64,000 nucleotides of DNA from Raillietiella orientalis (Eukaryota). The notes under the pieces are model-generated. The model saw nothing but the letters and a program-made list of their open reading frames with translations. It was not told where the DNA came from and did no database searches. Both the position numbers and the translations under genes were made by a program. The number at the start of each line of letters is the position of its first letter. Position 1 is the stretch's first letter. Where the stretch lies: contig JAYWIR010000028.1 in assembly GCA_036172245.1 (NCBI GenBank), forward strand, positions 1,364,001-1,428,000, read 5' to 3'. This document shows positions 1 through 14,900 of this stretch, piece by piece.

Positions 1-2950
1 GAGCGGACGTGCGGTGCTCGTCAGATAGCTCTGGAGCAGCGGTTTGTCTGCGCTGACAGCCGGACCACTCTTGTCGGGCGATGCGCCTGACAAGCGCGCC
101 GATCGCGGTCGGCGACGCCCATTGTTTGGCGGGCGAAGAGAAGCGCAGCGGAGGTCGCACTCCCACGGCCACTGGAAGCGGTCGGCTGGCGGCGGCCTGC
201 GCCTGCGCGAGCGTTCGCGAAGTGCACCGGCGCGCTCTTGAGTGCAAGCAACTGCTCCCGAGAGCTCCCGGCGAGCGGGAGGAAGGGGGACGCGTGCGCC
301 CTTTCCTCCCGTGCGTGCGCACGTTCGCTTGCCGCCTTCCCGTCAGCTTCTGTACGCCGGGTGCGCTCCTCGAAGCGCGGCTGCACACGCAGACTTGGTC
401 GAAAACGCCCGTTGCTGCGTGTCATCCCGCTGGCTGGATTGGCGCGCCGAACCTTTCTCCCGGGGTGCGATCCGCGTGCGTTTTCGACGCTTTCAGAGAA
501 AAAACGGCGCCCTGGGCGCTCGATGGAGAGAGAAGTAGAGCCAGGGGGAGACCAGGAGCTCTCGCTGAACTCCGCAGCCTGGCGCCTGGCGCCGCCGTCT
601 TCGATGCTGGCCGCGGGCGTTTCTTGCGGGCACGCGGCGCCTTTTCGAGCGCCGCGCATCCTCGTCCGCCAGCGGTTGGAGCGGGGCGCTGGCAGGTCGG
701 TCGCCCCTCCTTCCGCGCGCGAGCGATTGGACTGCGCGCAGAGCACCGCCTTTGTGCGAGTCGACGGTCGTCCCCCGGCGCCGACCTCGAATTGGGCAAC
801 AAAGGCACGGGGCCAGACAATGGGCACCTACGCCCGTCGCGTCTAGTTGTGCGGCGTGTATCTGCGAGCTCATCTCGGAGGGATGAATGGAGGGACGACG
901 GGAGAGGGGAGGGGGGAATCGGGGAAGCGTCAGGACAATGAACGGATGGGACGGGACCGTCCTGGAGAGGCTCGGGAACGCTGCTCCTGGTCTTCGGTCT
1001 CTCCTCTTCTGCTGGGCGAGCGGGCGGGAATGCGGAGGCGCGCTTATCTTCGTCCCGTCGGCTGTTTTCGTGGTGGTGGTGGTGCTTCCGGCCGCCTCCG
1101 TTCTCCTGCTCGTTCGACTCCAGCAGCGCCGTGGGGCGCCGCTCGCCTGCCCGTCTTCTCCGTGCGCACGCGCCCGTCACGGAGGCGTCTGCACAGATTG
1201 CGCCCATCCAGTCGTCTCCTTTTTCTCGCGTGCTCGCCTCGCTTCCCTCTTGCGCATGGGCCGATCTCGGTCGGCCTGCCTCGACCCGAGTGCAGGCTCG
1301 GAAGTGGCGCCTCTTTCGCTTGGCGCGTGCGACCTGCGCGGGCGAGGTGTTCCGCGGACAGCCGCGTAAGGCAGGGGAGCTGCAGCAGGACCTCCGCGCC
1401 CGGGACGCGACGGCGCCCTCGGAGGCGCGTTTCCGAGGCGAACAATTGGGTCGGCAGGTACTCCGCGGGTCTGAGGGGCAGGGGACGTTTGTCTGTCGGG
1501 AAGGGACGGGGACGATCAAGGCTGCGGAGGGTTTACGATGCGCTTCACGTCGGGAATGCCATCTGGGATGCCCGCGGGTACAGGGTGACCACCATGTGAG
1601 CACCCAGAAGGGCTTCGTTCTTTCTTTCCGGGTGGTGCGAGGGCCAGTCGGCGTAGGTGTTGGTCCGTTTGCATGCGGACCGGCCGCGGTCTCGCTGTTC
1701 GGTGACCTCAGCTCCCAAAAAGAAGGTCGCGTTTATGGCCACGGCCGCGTGTGGTTGCGCCCCCGCAGGCTGTTTGCGCGCGCACCCCGCGGCGTTGTGC
1801 CACTGCTTCCACGCTGGTGCTCGAGATACTCCTGGTGCTGCTCCTCTCTCCGGGGGCGTCGAGTGGCGCCAGGGGCGGCGCGGAGTGCTGGTCGCGTTCT
1901 CCCTTGCAGGGATTGGAGAATGGGTGCGCGAGAGGTCGGCCCTCTTGTCATTTCGTGATCCGACCCCTGCGCCCTCCTGCCTCCCGGCCAGGTATTACCG
2001 ACGCGGTCCCGCACGCGGGCGAGCACAGAGGAGGTTGCGTTGTGCTTTTGCTCCTTCCCCTCTTCCTCCTGGGTTTCCTTCCGGGATGCGATAGGTTTCG
2101 GACTTTCCCGAATTCTCCCTGTCGCCCTTCGCCTCGGTGGCTTTCTCGCAGCGATGCCCTCCGCGGCACGCCCACTCCCGGTTGATTTTCCGGTGCCGTG
2201 CGGCGTTGTTTTCGCCATTGAAGGGGAAGACCTTCGCCCCGGACGGTGCCCTGCAACGGCGGTTGCCACGGTTCCTTGGCCCCTCTCGGGAGGACGCTCC
2301 CCATGCTGGGATGCTGGGATGCGCCCGCGCTCGCCTCCGATTCAGGGGAATGATCGTGGCTGTCGGCGGGCTTTTTCGTAGCTTTCCTTTCTTGCCCCTT
2401 TCCGGCGGTGGATCGGCGGGTGTGGGGAGTTGCCTCCGCCTTTTGGGCAGACTCCAGAGACCTCTTCGTCCCGATGAGGAGGCGCGACTGCTTGCTTGCA
2501 AGCAGCACCAGGCTGTGCCATCCGTGCGACGCGCGCCATCTTCCCCCCGAGGGTAGGAAGCTTTTCGTGTGGAAAATGACCTCTCCTTTGGCGATTGTGT
2601 CCAAGGAGGGGGGGAGGCTGCTTCGCTGTCGCGTGTAGCGAGACAGTGGACGGGACAAGGAGGTCGCATTGCCGTGTTGCCGATGGGGTTTCTGTGGAGA
2701 CCAGGAGGCTGCATGTTCGTTTCGGTGTGGTGCGTGTGTAGATGGATCGATTCAACAGAAGAGGGTCTTTGCGATGCAGACGGATCGCAGCTGTGATCGG
2801 GGTGAGAATGCTGTCCGTGGAGGAGGACCGTTTCGCCTCCCCTCCGGGAAACGGTCGCCTTGGCTACTTGGCGGCACGCGAATCTACTTCAATGTGCGTG
2901 GTGTTTCTCTGGAGGAATGTCCGTTGTGGTTGCTCGGTCACGCCGGGGCG
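1..2950. other. Very GC/CpG-rich segment with no identifiable product
   Basis: Visibly the most GC-rich part of the window. Long overlapping ORFs occur in all six frames, are Arg/Ala/Gly/Pro-rich and show no recognisable motif, as expected from stop-codon depletion. Confidence 0.5.
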
Positions 2951-5900
2951 CTGATCGCATGAAGAATTGCACAAAGGAACCGAGGTCTTAGCTGAGTGCG
3001 TTGCCGGGCAATGTGCAGTGCGGGCATCATGGGAAAGGAAAAATTTTGGATGGATGGAGTAGGCTGCGTGGTCAACCGGTGATCTTCCTTCTTATTCTCC
3101 GTACTTTGTAGTGACTTCTTGCTTCCACCACCCTTTCAGAAGGTCATCTCCCAGCTTCCGTGATTGTGTCTCGCGCAAGCTCTCAGCTGATTCTGCGAAA
3201 CGGATGCTGTGCCTCCGTTTTCATTCTTCCACGGAGGAAGCCTAATCGTGCGATTGCTTTCGTGGGAGACAAGTCGTTGGCATGGAAGAAGCACTTATGT
3301 ACCATCCTCTTGCAGAGGAACATTCTGGTCTCAACGTCCTGCGTCGGGCAACAGCGCCCTGAGGAGAGTCAGCTCCTGGTCATCGAGGATTCTCCGATGA
3401 GTGGATTCGAACGTGCAGCCCGAGACTCAGTGGACTGCTTGTGAGAGCGGGAACCACCTGAAACAGCAGCCTACCTGAAGGGTGAGGCGCTTCCACGCAT
3501 CCTTCCGACCGTTGCGGACGAAAGCTCGATCTCTAGAAGATGTGGTGTACTCACCTGAAAGGACGAGTGGAAGCAGTAAAAGTCATCAGCAGAGATCCTC
3601 CTGGAATTCAGCACTACAACCGGACCTGCTGCATTGGGACAGGGGCTGGCCATCCCGCCCCTGTGAAACGTCGCTGTTCCCGGGAGAAAAAGAAGTGGAA
3701 GAAGGAGAGCAAAAAATTAGGATCCAACTCTCCGCTTTCTCGCCCCCCTTCCCCCAGGAAAGCGCTCGCTTCGGGGAGAGTCACCTTCTCTAAGGTCCCT
3801 TATATCCGAAGAACGAAGCTGGAGAAAGAAGCGAACGTTCCGCATCCGCGAGATTCGCGTTGAATGCATTGGCTAATTCTACGGACGGCGACCATCGCAT
3901 GACTTCGTCGCTTCTCTCTGGACGACTGGAAGGATCGGACAGAGATGATGGAACATCCTCATTCAGCATTTCCTGTGCACAAATAGGCGCGAGTAAAAAA
4001 AAAAAAAACTCTTTCGGCTGGTCTGTCTCTGTGACAAGGACTCCCGTTCTTTCTTCTTCCGGATGTCAGCGCCTCATCGAACGACTGGGGGGAAGGGCGA
4101 GGAACCGCTTGGAAGGAAGCGAGCGCGCGGTCTCATGTTCCTGTCTTCCCTGCCTTCTGGTCCTTTGAAGGAGAAAAGCAATTCCTCCCTTCCTTCTTTT
4201 ACCCTATGAAGAGTTGACCTATATTCTCGGCATCCGTCCGTTGTTTGCGTTTGGAACAGCCGCTGGTTTGTTTGTTGCTCGTGTTGCCAAGGTGCCATAT
4301 CTGGACGGAAGGAAAAAAAAGAACGACCGATCCCTCTCTGGTTTGCCTCGTTTTCCTCTCCTCTCCCTACACCTCCATAGCTCTGGACCCCAGCTGTGCT
4401 CGCGCGTCCGAATACCGACTCCTTCCTTTCTTCTTCCCCTTCAACATCTTCGAGAGACACGATTGTTTACTCGAACCCTCTGCGTTCGTTCCAGCGTGCT
4501 CAACGCAAGCTAAAATACATCATTTGTCCCTTTCTCACCCTCCGATGAACCCACGAGCCGTTCCCTTTCCTCAAGTTCCCAAATTGGTTCCAGCAAATCC
4601 ATCCATCGAGAGAGTCCTTGAGAGAGTTCGTTTCGTAGGAAACGGAACCGAACGGCTCTTCGTCAAACCCGACGGATTCTGTTGGCCTGGTAACCCTTAA
4701 AAAGAAGAATGCATCCTCCACGTTTGGGGGCGAGGAGCGAATTCGACCTTTACTAAATCAAAAGCACTTGCTACCTCCCATTTTTCAATACCTGGGGGTG
4801 AGACTCCGCACTGATTTCACTCTTTTTGGATCTCCTCTGGAGGAAGCGACCTCCCTGCGGATGTGCTCGAGATGCGTCTCCCGACCAAGGTAAGGCAGGT
4901 CAGTGTCCACAACCTACGGACTTGGAAGGGCCAAATGAGCTCTGTGCTTTCCGAGGCATGGAATGTCTCCGGCGAGAATCAAAAAAAAAAAAATAGCACC
5001 TCCGCCTTTTTCCTCCTTCCCCTCCCTCTTCAAAGGTACAAGCAAAGAAATACTTTGAACCTAAGGCACGGAACCAACCAACTTGCAGACATAGAACTGG
5101 CCATGTCTTCTTTCAGCAGCTTCTCGTCTATCAGCTACTCCCTCAACGGAACATGTTTGTAATCCAGAACTGGCGATGTTACACCCTGAGAGTTCCCTCT
5201 TGGCAGGGTGGGTCGCTTCGTCTTCCCTTATTTTCCTGCCTCTGCGGATTCGTTGCCTTGACAATGTGAGCAAGTCTCCATCTTGGCCGGTGTTTTATTT
5301 TTGCCCAAAGGTCTTTCTTAGGAGGAGTTTGAAAACATTTTCATCTTCCATACTCTCAGGAAGAACTGTTCCTGGAAGCATCAACCCTCAGTTTCTCTCC
5401 TCCGACGGTGTGCGGAGAAAACCATTTATCGGTAGTAGCAGACTTTCCCCTCTTCGGGATTCTATTTCTCCGCGTTGCCAAGGTTCTAAGCGCAGTTAAT
5501 CTGGGGTTTCGTCCATCAACTTCTTTCGGACCTTCAGTTATAATCTACAACCTTGGGTGGAATGGCTCAAGTCTTCCGTGGACGTCCTCGTCTTTATGTC
5601 AAGGTACATTACGCTCTCGTCGCTCGTGTGAAGGAGGAGGTTGCTCCCAGATGAATGGTTGCGTCCGACAATGGGGCAATGTCTCATCCTGAAGTGCCAC
5701 CTCGGTCGGACCTTCTCTTTCTCCAACAGGGACTTGGAGTCTTTATCCCGAATGCTGCTGCCCTCCTGAGAATACGGAGATAACGCTTTTCAGGGCACGA
5801 GAGGACAAGGAGGAATAAGGAAGGGAAGTATTTTTGTCCTTTTGCAGAATCCCAGCCTCCGTCCAAACGTTGATGCTGGACTCCGAAACGACGAGGTGAT

Positions 5901-8900
5901 GCGGGAGCTCGGAAACCCTCGGCTCTGCATGTGGACAAGATGCGCAAGGTGAGAGTCTCGTCCAACGTACGACATCCTTCACAGAGTGAGATTCGAAACG
6001 AACTGGGTTGAAGGTCCGCTCCTCCATATCAAATCTCCAGGCGAATCTCTCCAGAACGTTCTCTACCACCCTTAAGATCTGCACCGTGAGCAGCTTCAGG
6101 TGAGCTTGCGTCTAAACCCTTCTGTGCTTCCCCTTTGGCGAATAGGAGGAGGGTTCTGTGACACCCCCCTCCTACTCGCCAAACCCCCCTAGCAACCTGC
6201 CGTTTTCCGACGACGGAAATCATGAGCTGCTCCGTCTTGACTCTTTGGTACACGCTCGACGCTTAAGCGCCACTCATTTTCAGACTCGGGTGCTCCGTTC
6301 TGCTGCTTCCTGCTCTTCTGGATGAATTTGTCCTTCGGTGAGTCAGCAAAAGACTTGCGTTCCCTTGTCATCCGGGTCGCGGGAACGGGCATCCTCCGAG
6401 TGACTGGTGATAAGGGAAGGCGAGTCCAGGAGGTGGAAGAGATGCCCGCCCCCTGAGATGGCGAATCCAACAACCCAGCAATGCTCGTTCCCGGAGAAAG
6501 AGACACCCAAAACCGGAAGCATGTCTGACCGGGAGAATTGCGTGGAAGAGCTGAAGGAATCCGTCGGTCCAAGCAGCCCGGTGCAGTCGACTCACCTACC
6601 GGAGCCAACTGACTCCGGAAGTTGAGTCGTTGCGCGCTCCTGAGAGGATTCTGACGTCCATGGCCACTTTCCTGCTGCCCAGAGCAACCAACAACAACAC
6701 CTTTAATTGGATCCGATGAGCGTCGCATCGGGCGCTGCAACCCAACGTTCAACTGATCCCTCAGCGCCAGTTCCGTCTTCCAAAATCGCCCTACCGGGAT
6801 TCGACAGTCTGAGCTTTAGCGTTCAAGCAAGGCGGAGTTCTCACCCACTTGAAGTTTGAGAATAGATTAGGGTAACTTCGACCTCAAGACCTCTCTAATC
6901 ACTCTCTTTGCAGGAAGAAATCTTTTTTTCCCCTTCTGGAAAAGCGCTCTTCCATCATCAGCCCCATCACGGGATTAAATCTAACCTGCAGGCATTTGGA
7001 TCTTCATTTGCGTACTCTTCGTACACTCCTTATCTCCCCATCCATATTCTTGCTCTTGATTCTGCGACTCCGGGACCCAAAATGGAAGGAACACACTTTT
7101 AGCGGATGTCTGTATGTCGGATGAAGGCCTACTTCCGTCATCTGAGCAGTCGCACTTGCTAACCGTTGAGGACTCGGCTGGACACTGCGCAACCAGCCCT
7201 GAGTGATTCGGAAGCTGCAGGCTATCAGGGCAAGAATAGGGTTCCCCCACTTCCCACCGCCTGGGGAAAATTCCATACTTGCAGGTTGTTGATCTGCTTA
7301 CAACCGATGCATTGCATCGCTTGGATAGTCTTCTTGGTACTTCGTTTACCACGTCTGGAGATTCGTGTCAGCTGATAGCAATTTCTCTTTCATTTTTGGC
7401 ATTTCTCAAACAGTTCTGTCCTGACTCCTTTCAACAGAACGAAACCTCCTTGCCGAACTTTGGCACGGCAGGAAAGATGCAGAAGAGAAAAAAAGAGAGA
7501 ATCCCCATTTCCTTCGCACAAGCTGAAAAGGTCCATCGTGTTCCCCGAAGTTCTTCTTCTACTCTTCTCGTCCTCCCTTAAGCATGCATCTCTCAAACCC
7601 TTGGCGCAGCGTTCGCGCCCCCTTTTCAGAAGTAGATCAAGGGTTTAGCGATTCCCGGTCGATTGAACACCGCTTCGAATGCTGGATCTCCAACCGGGTG
7701 TTTTTCCCCGGGGTTGGTGTGGACTAATTCCAGCATTCCCTGGAAAATTGCGCCGGCCTCGAAATCGCTGCTGCTTGTCATCAGGATCGTTTCCTTTTTC
7801 CCCCCCCCCCCCCCTTCATATTTTAGTTACCGTGAGGACCGCAGCGGAGTAGCCAGATTCATTCCGCTGGTCGCGGATGAAATCCTTTTAGATTAGGATC
7901 AGATGTGCGTCTTCACATCGGGGCTGCTCCAGCTCTTTGCTCTGCAGGTCCGAACAAATCACGACCGATTCCAAAGGCACACCCTCTGCTGCGTCTCCTC
8001 TGGTTTGGGATGCAGCTGATCAAAGTGCACGGGGTTTGAATCCGGATCGGCTGAACTTCTCTGAATTCACGCTTGGCTGAGGAGGAAGGGGGAAAGGGGA
8101 AGACGGGAGTAGGGGGGTAAACTTGCTGGCGCTCCGCACAGCAGGGTCTAAGAAGGGACCCAGGCATCCTCTCCAGAACTCCCGACATAAGTTTCCGAAT
8201 ATTTGTATGTCTTGCAATGCCGTAGCAGAATTTTCTAGAAAACTACATTCGTGAAATTGCTAATTTGGAATGAGTATTACTGCCACGAGCACACTGGGAG
8301 CTCTTTCTTGGTGATAATATAGTACCCTATGGCATCAATAATGCATTGGTAATGTAGTAAGAACATTAGTAATGACGTACATCCTACTAATAATACATCA
8401 CTTACAGAAGTATGCAAGATGGACAGCCATGGCTAAGCTTGAGGGGCAGCAGGGAGCACAGCGAAGCTTTCGGAATATCCGTTCTATTTCGTCGACAGAT
8501 TGAGTCAGCATTCTAACAAGCTTATTCTACGCACTCGGGAAATAGGCCAGCCTTCCTCCTCTTCGCGGCATTTGCCTGCGTGCCCCGTAGGACGTCCGGT
8601 AGAACAGAATTGGGAATCGAATGGGGAAAGTCACTCTTCGTAGACTTCCTCCTCTTCGCTCTGGAGCACCGCGGGAGAGTTTCCGCGATCAGCGACTCGG
8701 AATGCTGAGTGTCTTCCGCAGGCGCCATCCGGTCATCTCCAGAGAAGCCGATGATCCACCCTGCATCCGAGTAGGTCTGCTGCTTCGTGCTAGCTGTCTC
8801 GTCTCACATCCTGGCTGGTCCGTCACACCAAACCACTGGCAAGACTGCGTGATGCATCCCTTTCAAAAGCTTTCCTTGCAGCCTCCCAAGCAACTTCACC

Positions 8901-11900
8901 CTTCCTAATTGCGGAAGCTGCAAGTGGAGTGAACCGGATGAACTTCAAGGGTTCCATAGGGGGATCATGGGCTTTGAACAGGTGCCATCTCGCGAGTGGA
9001 TGTCGTCTTGGTTCCCTTCCTGCCATCTCGAAAGGATACCGTCTGGCGCTCTGGACGTGTTTTGGAGCATCTCCAAGGATCTTTTAGAAACTTGAATTCC
9101 TTGAATCGAAACTGCTACGGGAATTTCGGATGCAATTCGAGACGATTCTCGAACGCACTGCTTTGCTTGAGGGTCGGAAGCTGCTCGCCTCCGAACATTT
9201 CCGCACCGCGCCTTCCTGGAAGAATTCTCGATTCAGGATGCTCACGGAGGGGGATCCGTCGAACGGTTGCTTATGGAAACTCCTCCTCACGTCTGATTCA
9301 AGGTCGCACGGGAAACAGAGTTCATCCTCCTCTCCTTCGCTCTAGCGAGTTTGCAGCACCCTCGCCGGAATCCCCCATTTCTTCCGGGGACCCACTCTTT
9401 TCCATCTTCACCCCGAGCGCCTTCGCTTTGGAATAAAAAAACCCGGCCAGCCGATTTGCACGAAGATTCGACAGCGGCAGTGGATAAATTTTTGATTTCG
9501 CCAAATGATTCAGCATCACTGCTAGAGGGATTGGAATCCGCGAACCCGAGAGTAGAGCAGAAATTTTTAACGGCGCTCCCATTCTCCCTCCCTCTAGGGC
9601 TTTTGTCTCCTTAAGGAACCCCGGACACGGCTATCTGCCCACTGATGTGCTTGCGGCCCACTGATGGGTGACGCCGAATTTCTTCCTTACCAATTCGTGC
9701 GGGTGGATTTCTTTTCCCCCGCCTCGAACAGAGGAAACATATCCAAGCAACCAGACTCGGAAGAAATGTGAATGGTAAGGCCTCAAAGAAGTCTGAAAGA
9801 ACCTGGCCAAACTGTGTTTGGCGGTCCTGGCAAACTTCTTTCATTTTCCATCGGATAACTGGAAGGGGAACTCTTCGGTGCATCGGAAACTCGGAGTTCC
9901 TCCATCCTAGCAACCAGGTTTGCAGACTGCTGAATTACCTTGGAATGAATGCGCTCCGTGCCGCCTTCTATCTGCAAAGATTGCTGATTCCACGAGCACT
10001 GAAACTCGGGTTTCCTACCTTCTTCGTCGACTTCGCTTGCTGCCTTCTCACGGACGTCAGAATGGCTGCCGGAAGTGTAAACTGGGAAACGGAGAAGAAT
10101 CTTTTTTTGGATCCGATATCGCTGTTTCCCGGTGCTCAGCGAGTGTTCGTTGCTGCTGCCGTCCGGGCTGATGCTCCCCTCTTGACTACGACTTGAGTTT
10201 CTTGCTGCTTCGACATCAAAACATTCCCCGATTCTCCTTCTTGACTTGGCTTGTTTGTTGTTCGGGGAATTTTCAGTCTTTCCTGAGGTCTCCTCTCCTT
10301 CTCCTTGCGGAGCACTCGCAGCTCCGGGAAATGGAAATCGATCGGCGGGACTTCCGTTTTATATCTTCCATGAAGTTTCATGGCCGTAATGGAAACCGCG
10401 TTTTGAAAGACTGTTGCTTCATCCACAGTGCATCTGGGGAATGTCGAACAGCGGAATAGGCGTTGGTGGGCAAGAACCAACAGTAATCACGAATCGGCCA
10501 AGCATTGGAGATGGTTTCTTGTGTCAAAGACTGAACGTAAAACCTGCAATCCGGAGGTGTTGTTCCCGCTTAGATGGACGCGCACCACCACGGGACCACT
10601 TTCGCATAAGACTGCTTCCCTGCTGCTCATTCCATACGTATTCCTCCGTTGTTTGGGAATTCTGTTCGGATAAACAAAAATGAAGTTCAATACAACGTAG
10701 TAACCGGATGAACCACCAAATAGCACTCCGGAAGCAAAACTTCCTCCAAGTGACATCCAAAAAATGTAAGTTGCAAAACGAAGAATTTTCAGCATCGCAA
10801 AACGCTTAGGAAAACCCTTTCATCCTACCATTCTGAGCAGCTTTCCGTTACAATATGGACAAACGTGTACAGAGTTTCCGACACAGTCGGACCTGGTCGT
10901 CGAAAAGAACACTTGCAAATTAGTCTCCTGTGAATTTCCCGTACCTTGATTCATGCCGCCGTGACCTCATCAGCGGTGAGAAAAGTAGCCAAAGGAAACT
11001 CGAGTTGGAACACCGGGAAACGAAAGGTTGAAAAGGAATTCGAATTTGCACCACCTTCTCCCCGATTTTGCATTCAGAAATCAATTTCGAAGGTCAACGG
11101 TTCATTATCAAAGAAGCCTCACGGGCGTGGCCTCACGATGCACAGTGTGGAGGAATTGGACGCGGTCGAAAATCCGAGATCAATGCAAAAGGAGGTGGTG
11201 GAACAGCGTAATGCCAATGTGATACACCACAGAGTTGCGGAAGCGACCCGCAATTTTGCCTTTCACGCGTCTCCTCTGTGTTCGATGCACGTGCAGAGAT
11301 GCACCTCAGTGTTTCATCGCACTCACGAGCAGTGTTCCGATGCAAATGGTTGCAAACTCGAGCATGCTGCATCAACGTGACGGATTCTTTCATGTCTGCA
11401 GGGCATCACTGTCCCATTCATACCCTCCGTTCATTCATGCGCAGCTACAGCTACACCGCACATGCAAAATGCTCCTGAGGATGTCCCCATTAAATATCTG
11501 TTTGTGTGCATGGAAAGCAGCGAATGACATGGCAACAGCACGCAGTAAGAATCAGATCACAGCGTGTAGATACTGGAGCATGGCATACTCCAGGAGGACA
11601 CTTACTGACGAGTAGGTTTCACAAGACTTTGCTCATTCATAAGTTGAAAACGAGGTCTGCTGGGGTCTGTTATCTTGCCTAGTTGGAACTGAAGATGCGA
11701 TAGCAATGTCGATATATCAAATGCATCTTTCAGCTCATTCATCCTCTGTCTATTGAAATAGGCAGCACGTCCTTTATCTAAGTGCAAGGATAACACGTGG
11801 TGGATGTTCTAACTGAGAAACCACGCCCTTTTTCCTTCGAAATGTAAGTTGCAGCTCATGGTCCCACTTTCTTAATAATTTGGTATTAGGTATTTATTTA

Positions 11901-14900
11901 TTCATGGTTTTCTTTTTGTGTGTGTGTGTTTTTTTGTTGTTGATTTACTCTCTTAACCTCCCCTAGAAAGCATGGATTTCCGGTTAGCAAGATGGATCTG
12001 AACCTATACTTTCTCCTCCTTCCAGCCAACTTCTTGTCTTCTTGATTTGCGTTTCGTGTCCCACTTTGCCACTTAACTTACACATAACGATGTTTGCAAT
12101 GCGAACTTTAACGTGTCACCTAAAAGAATTCTGTTTGCAATTGTAGCTAATAATTCTCGTACGTGCACACGCTTCGACCGTACGTATACGAAAATTGTCA
12201 GCAAAGTGTGGTCCTAGAGAGTGGGTTGGCGCTATTACGAATACACTCCGTTGTTTTCGTGTGGAAGTGTTCTGTCCCAAGACTTGCATGTAACAACCGA
12301 AGGAAAACCAGTACTTCTCCTTCAAAAGATCACAAAAGAACAGTTGCATCCTCGGAACCCAGGTGCAAAATGGAAAACGAAACGCGTAGTGAAACATAGA
12401 AGCAATAGAAACGATAGACCCGCGTTCCTGCAAATCCATCGCGTTTCCGCACTGAGGGTCGAGTTCCCCACAGGCCCACGGCTGTTTTTGGTCATCTGTG
12501 CCCACTTCGGTACGGTTATGCTCGAGGGTACCATCAGCAGAAAAACTTCGGATATTTACATCAATAGAAGTTGGACTTTGGGCAGAAATCGATCCGCATT
12601 CCTAATTGGAAAAATAGATTCGGCTGGAAAGCACCGGTAAGATAGATTTCGTGTGTGATTTCCCGCATGGCGCATGTTCTTCGAGCAGAGCGGACTCATT
12701 CCCAACGACTATGGTAAACTTAACTCAGTTTTCACTGCGCATGCTTCAAAAGCATCAGCAGGTACAGATGTGTTCTGTACACACAATCCTGCGAACACTA
12801 TTGCTTTAGACGAACCTTCCCGGGAACTATGTAGAAGACACAGTTCGAATGCCCATTGGTACTTTGAGAATTAACTGGGGGGAGAAAACCAAGTCATTAC
12901 GCATGTCTGTAGCTGCAGCGAATCTCGGATGCTTCAGTAGGGAAGCTGTCTCAAACTGTCTCTCGAGCTCAGTTCAGTTGGTCTGAACCCCCACGCATGC
13001 ACCTCTCCAAGAAGCTACCAAGCTTTGAGTAAAAACATTCCTTCCATTTTCTTTTCGTTTTTTTTAAAAAAAAGAAAAAGAAAAGAAATCGAGCCTTCCA
13101 CGACCTTTCGCAATTCTTTAAGGTATCCTTCACATAGACGGAAACATCCGTTCACCGACACTCTTGATCAAGATTTCATCTCTTCTCCTCTCCCCTTTCT
13201 AGCTTAACGCATCTCCTGGTTATCCCTGGCAGAAGGACTGTTCGGTCGCAGATTGAAAAATGCAGCATCTGACTCACAACACAGGCAGCGTAAAAAAAAA
13301 AAAAAAATGCAAACACTCGAGGCAAAGATCATAAAATCACTTATTCTGCTTTTGTGGAGTCACAAACGGAAATGAAAACGTGCAAGGCGAGGCCGGAGGA
13401 GCACGCATGGGAGCACTTGTCTCCACGTCTCGCCGAATCCTTCTTGCGTCTTCCTCGCGGCGGATGATTTGCATCCGCGTGTGCAAAGAACGCGCAAAAC
13501 CCTTGTTGTTCCACTAACTCCGTTTTTCTTCTCATCCGCTCCCATCGAGATAAACGCAGGAGTGAGGACTTACTGCACCGACAGGGTGTTGCGGGAAAGT
13601 GCATTCCCGAATTCGTGAAACGTTCGTTTTATCCAACACTCGGACAGACAGCATATGTGTTTCCATCTCGCACGTCAGCGCGACGACAGCGCGGCAGCAT
13701 CCTGTTTCCTCTCGATCGCTGCAGGCTAGAAGAAGACCTTGCAAATTCCCACGCTCAGTTCTAAACCAGCAAACGGACCCCGAAAAGGATTTCGCAAACC
13801 TCGGAAACCGTGGTGGAATGATGGACGGTCAGGCGAAAAGCTGAAGAATCACTCGTTCTCGAAACAAGTTCTTCTTCTTCCCCTCCTCCCCCGATTTTTC
13901 GATGTGCACCGCAGATAACATTCTTATGTTGGAATCTTCTGGGTTTAAGAGAGGAAGGTACTAGAAAGCTTTATGAAGAACCGAGCACTGGGCAGTGCTT
14001 TTCTCACATGACCTAGCCATTGCATGGGCGGAATAGGCACGCAGCAATTTTGAGATTAGCATGGAAAAATCGGAGAATGAATGTGAAGAATAAACAAGCG
14101 GCAAAAATTCCTCTTTTGACTGAGTTTCCTTCGAAGAATGCATCTTCTTTAGGATTGAAAAGTGCCCAGAAGAGAGATCTTCTAGTGATTGACCGTTTGT
14201 TTTCAAGAAGAAAGGCATGGGTAGATGGAAAAAAATGAGGATTTGGCTGAGATGAGCAGCTTTAGGAAGAAAATAATCGGAAAGTCACTCTCTCTGCCGA
14301 TATCCCCTGTTTCACAGAGTTCGACCAGCACCAACTCTTCAAGAGAAGGTGCACCTCCGGTTCACATCCAGATGGGTCCAGAAGCACTCTCGAGAGAACC
14401 GAATGAGTTCGAAACCTCCACGGTATTCCGTCTGCATTAGCAACACACACACAGTGCAGGAAAAAAATTCGCCGGTGTTCTAGAATGAGCATGGCCAGGT
14501 ATAGGATACACACATGCTGGCCACCACGCTGAACGAGCACATGCTTTATCTCTGCAAAAGGTCCTTGGATAAGAGGGAGGGTCATAGGAAATGAAAATTC
14601 AAGCACGCATCCCCTGTGAAACCTCTCACCAACTTCGGTGTTCTCGTATTGAATGCTGCTCTTCGTCACGACTACTACAAGCGGATGAACAAAGGCCTAA
14701 AATGGAAATGCTGCTGAGCCAACCGACTTGTGAGTCAGCAAAAATAAAGCCAGCACTTTAAGAAGACTTCTTCTGGAAAGGCAAGGGGAGAAACACTCGA
14801 TGACCAACGGCGGTTTCCCACTGGATTTTTGTTTTTTTTTTTCCTTCCCGAGAACCAGGAATACAGAATCCGGTCGTCCTCACAGAAAAGTGGCTCAAAC

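Noticed and set aside
21..2800. Long ORFs (up to 393 aa) in all six frames
   Set aside because: Explained by high GC. The products are low-complexity R/A/G/P, mutually overlapping and have no domain motif.
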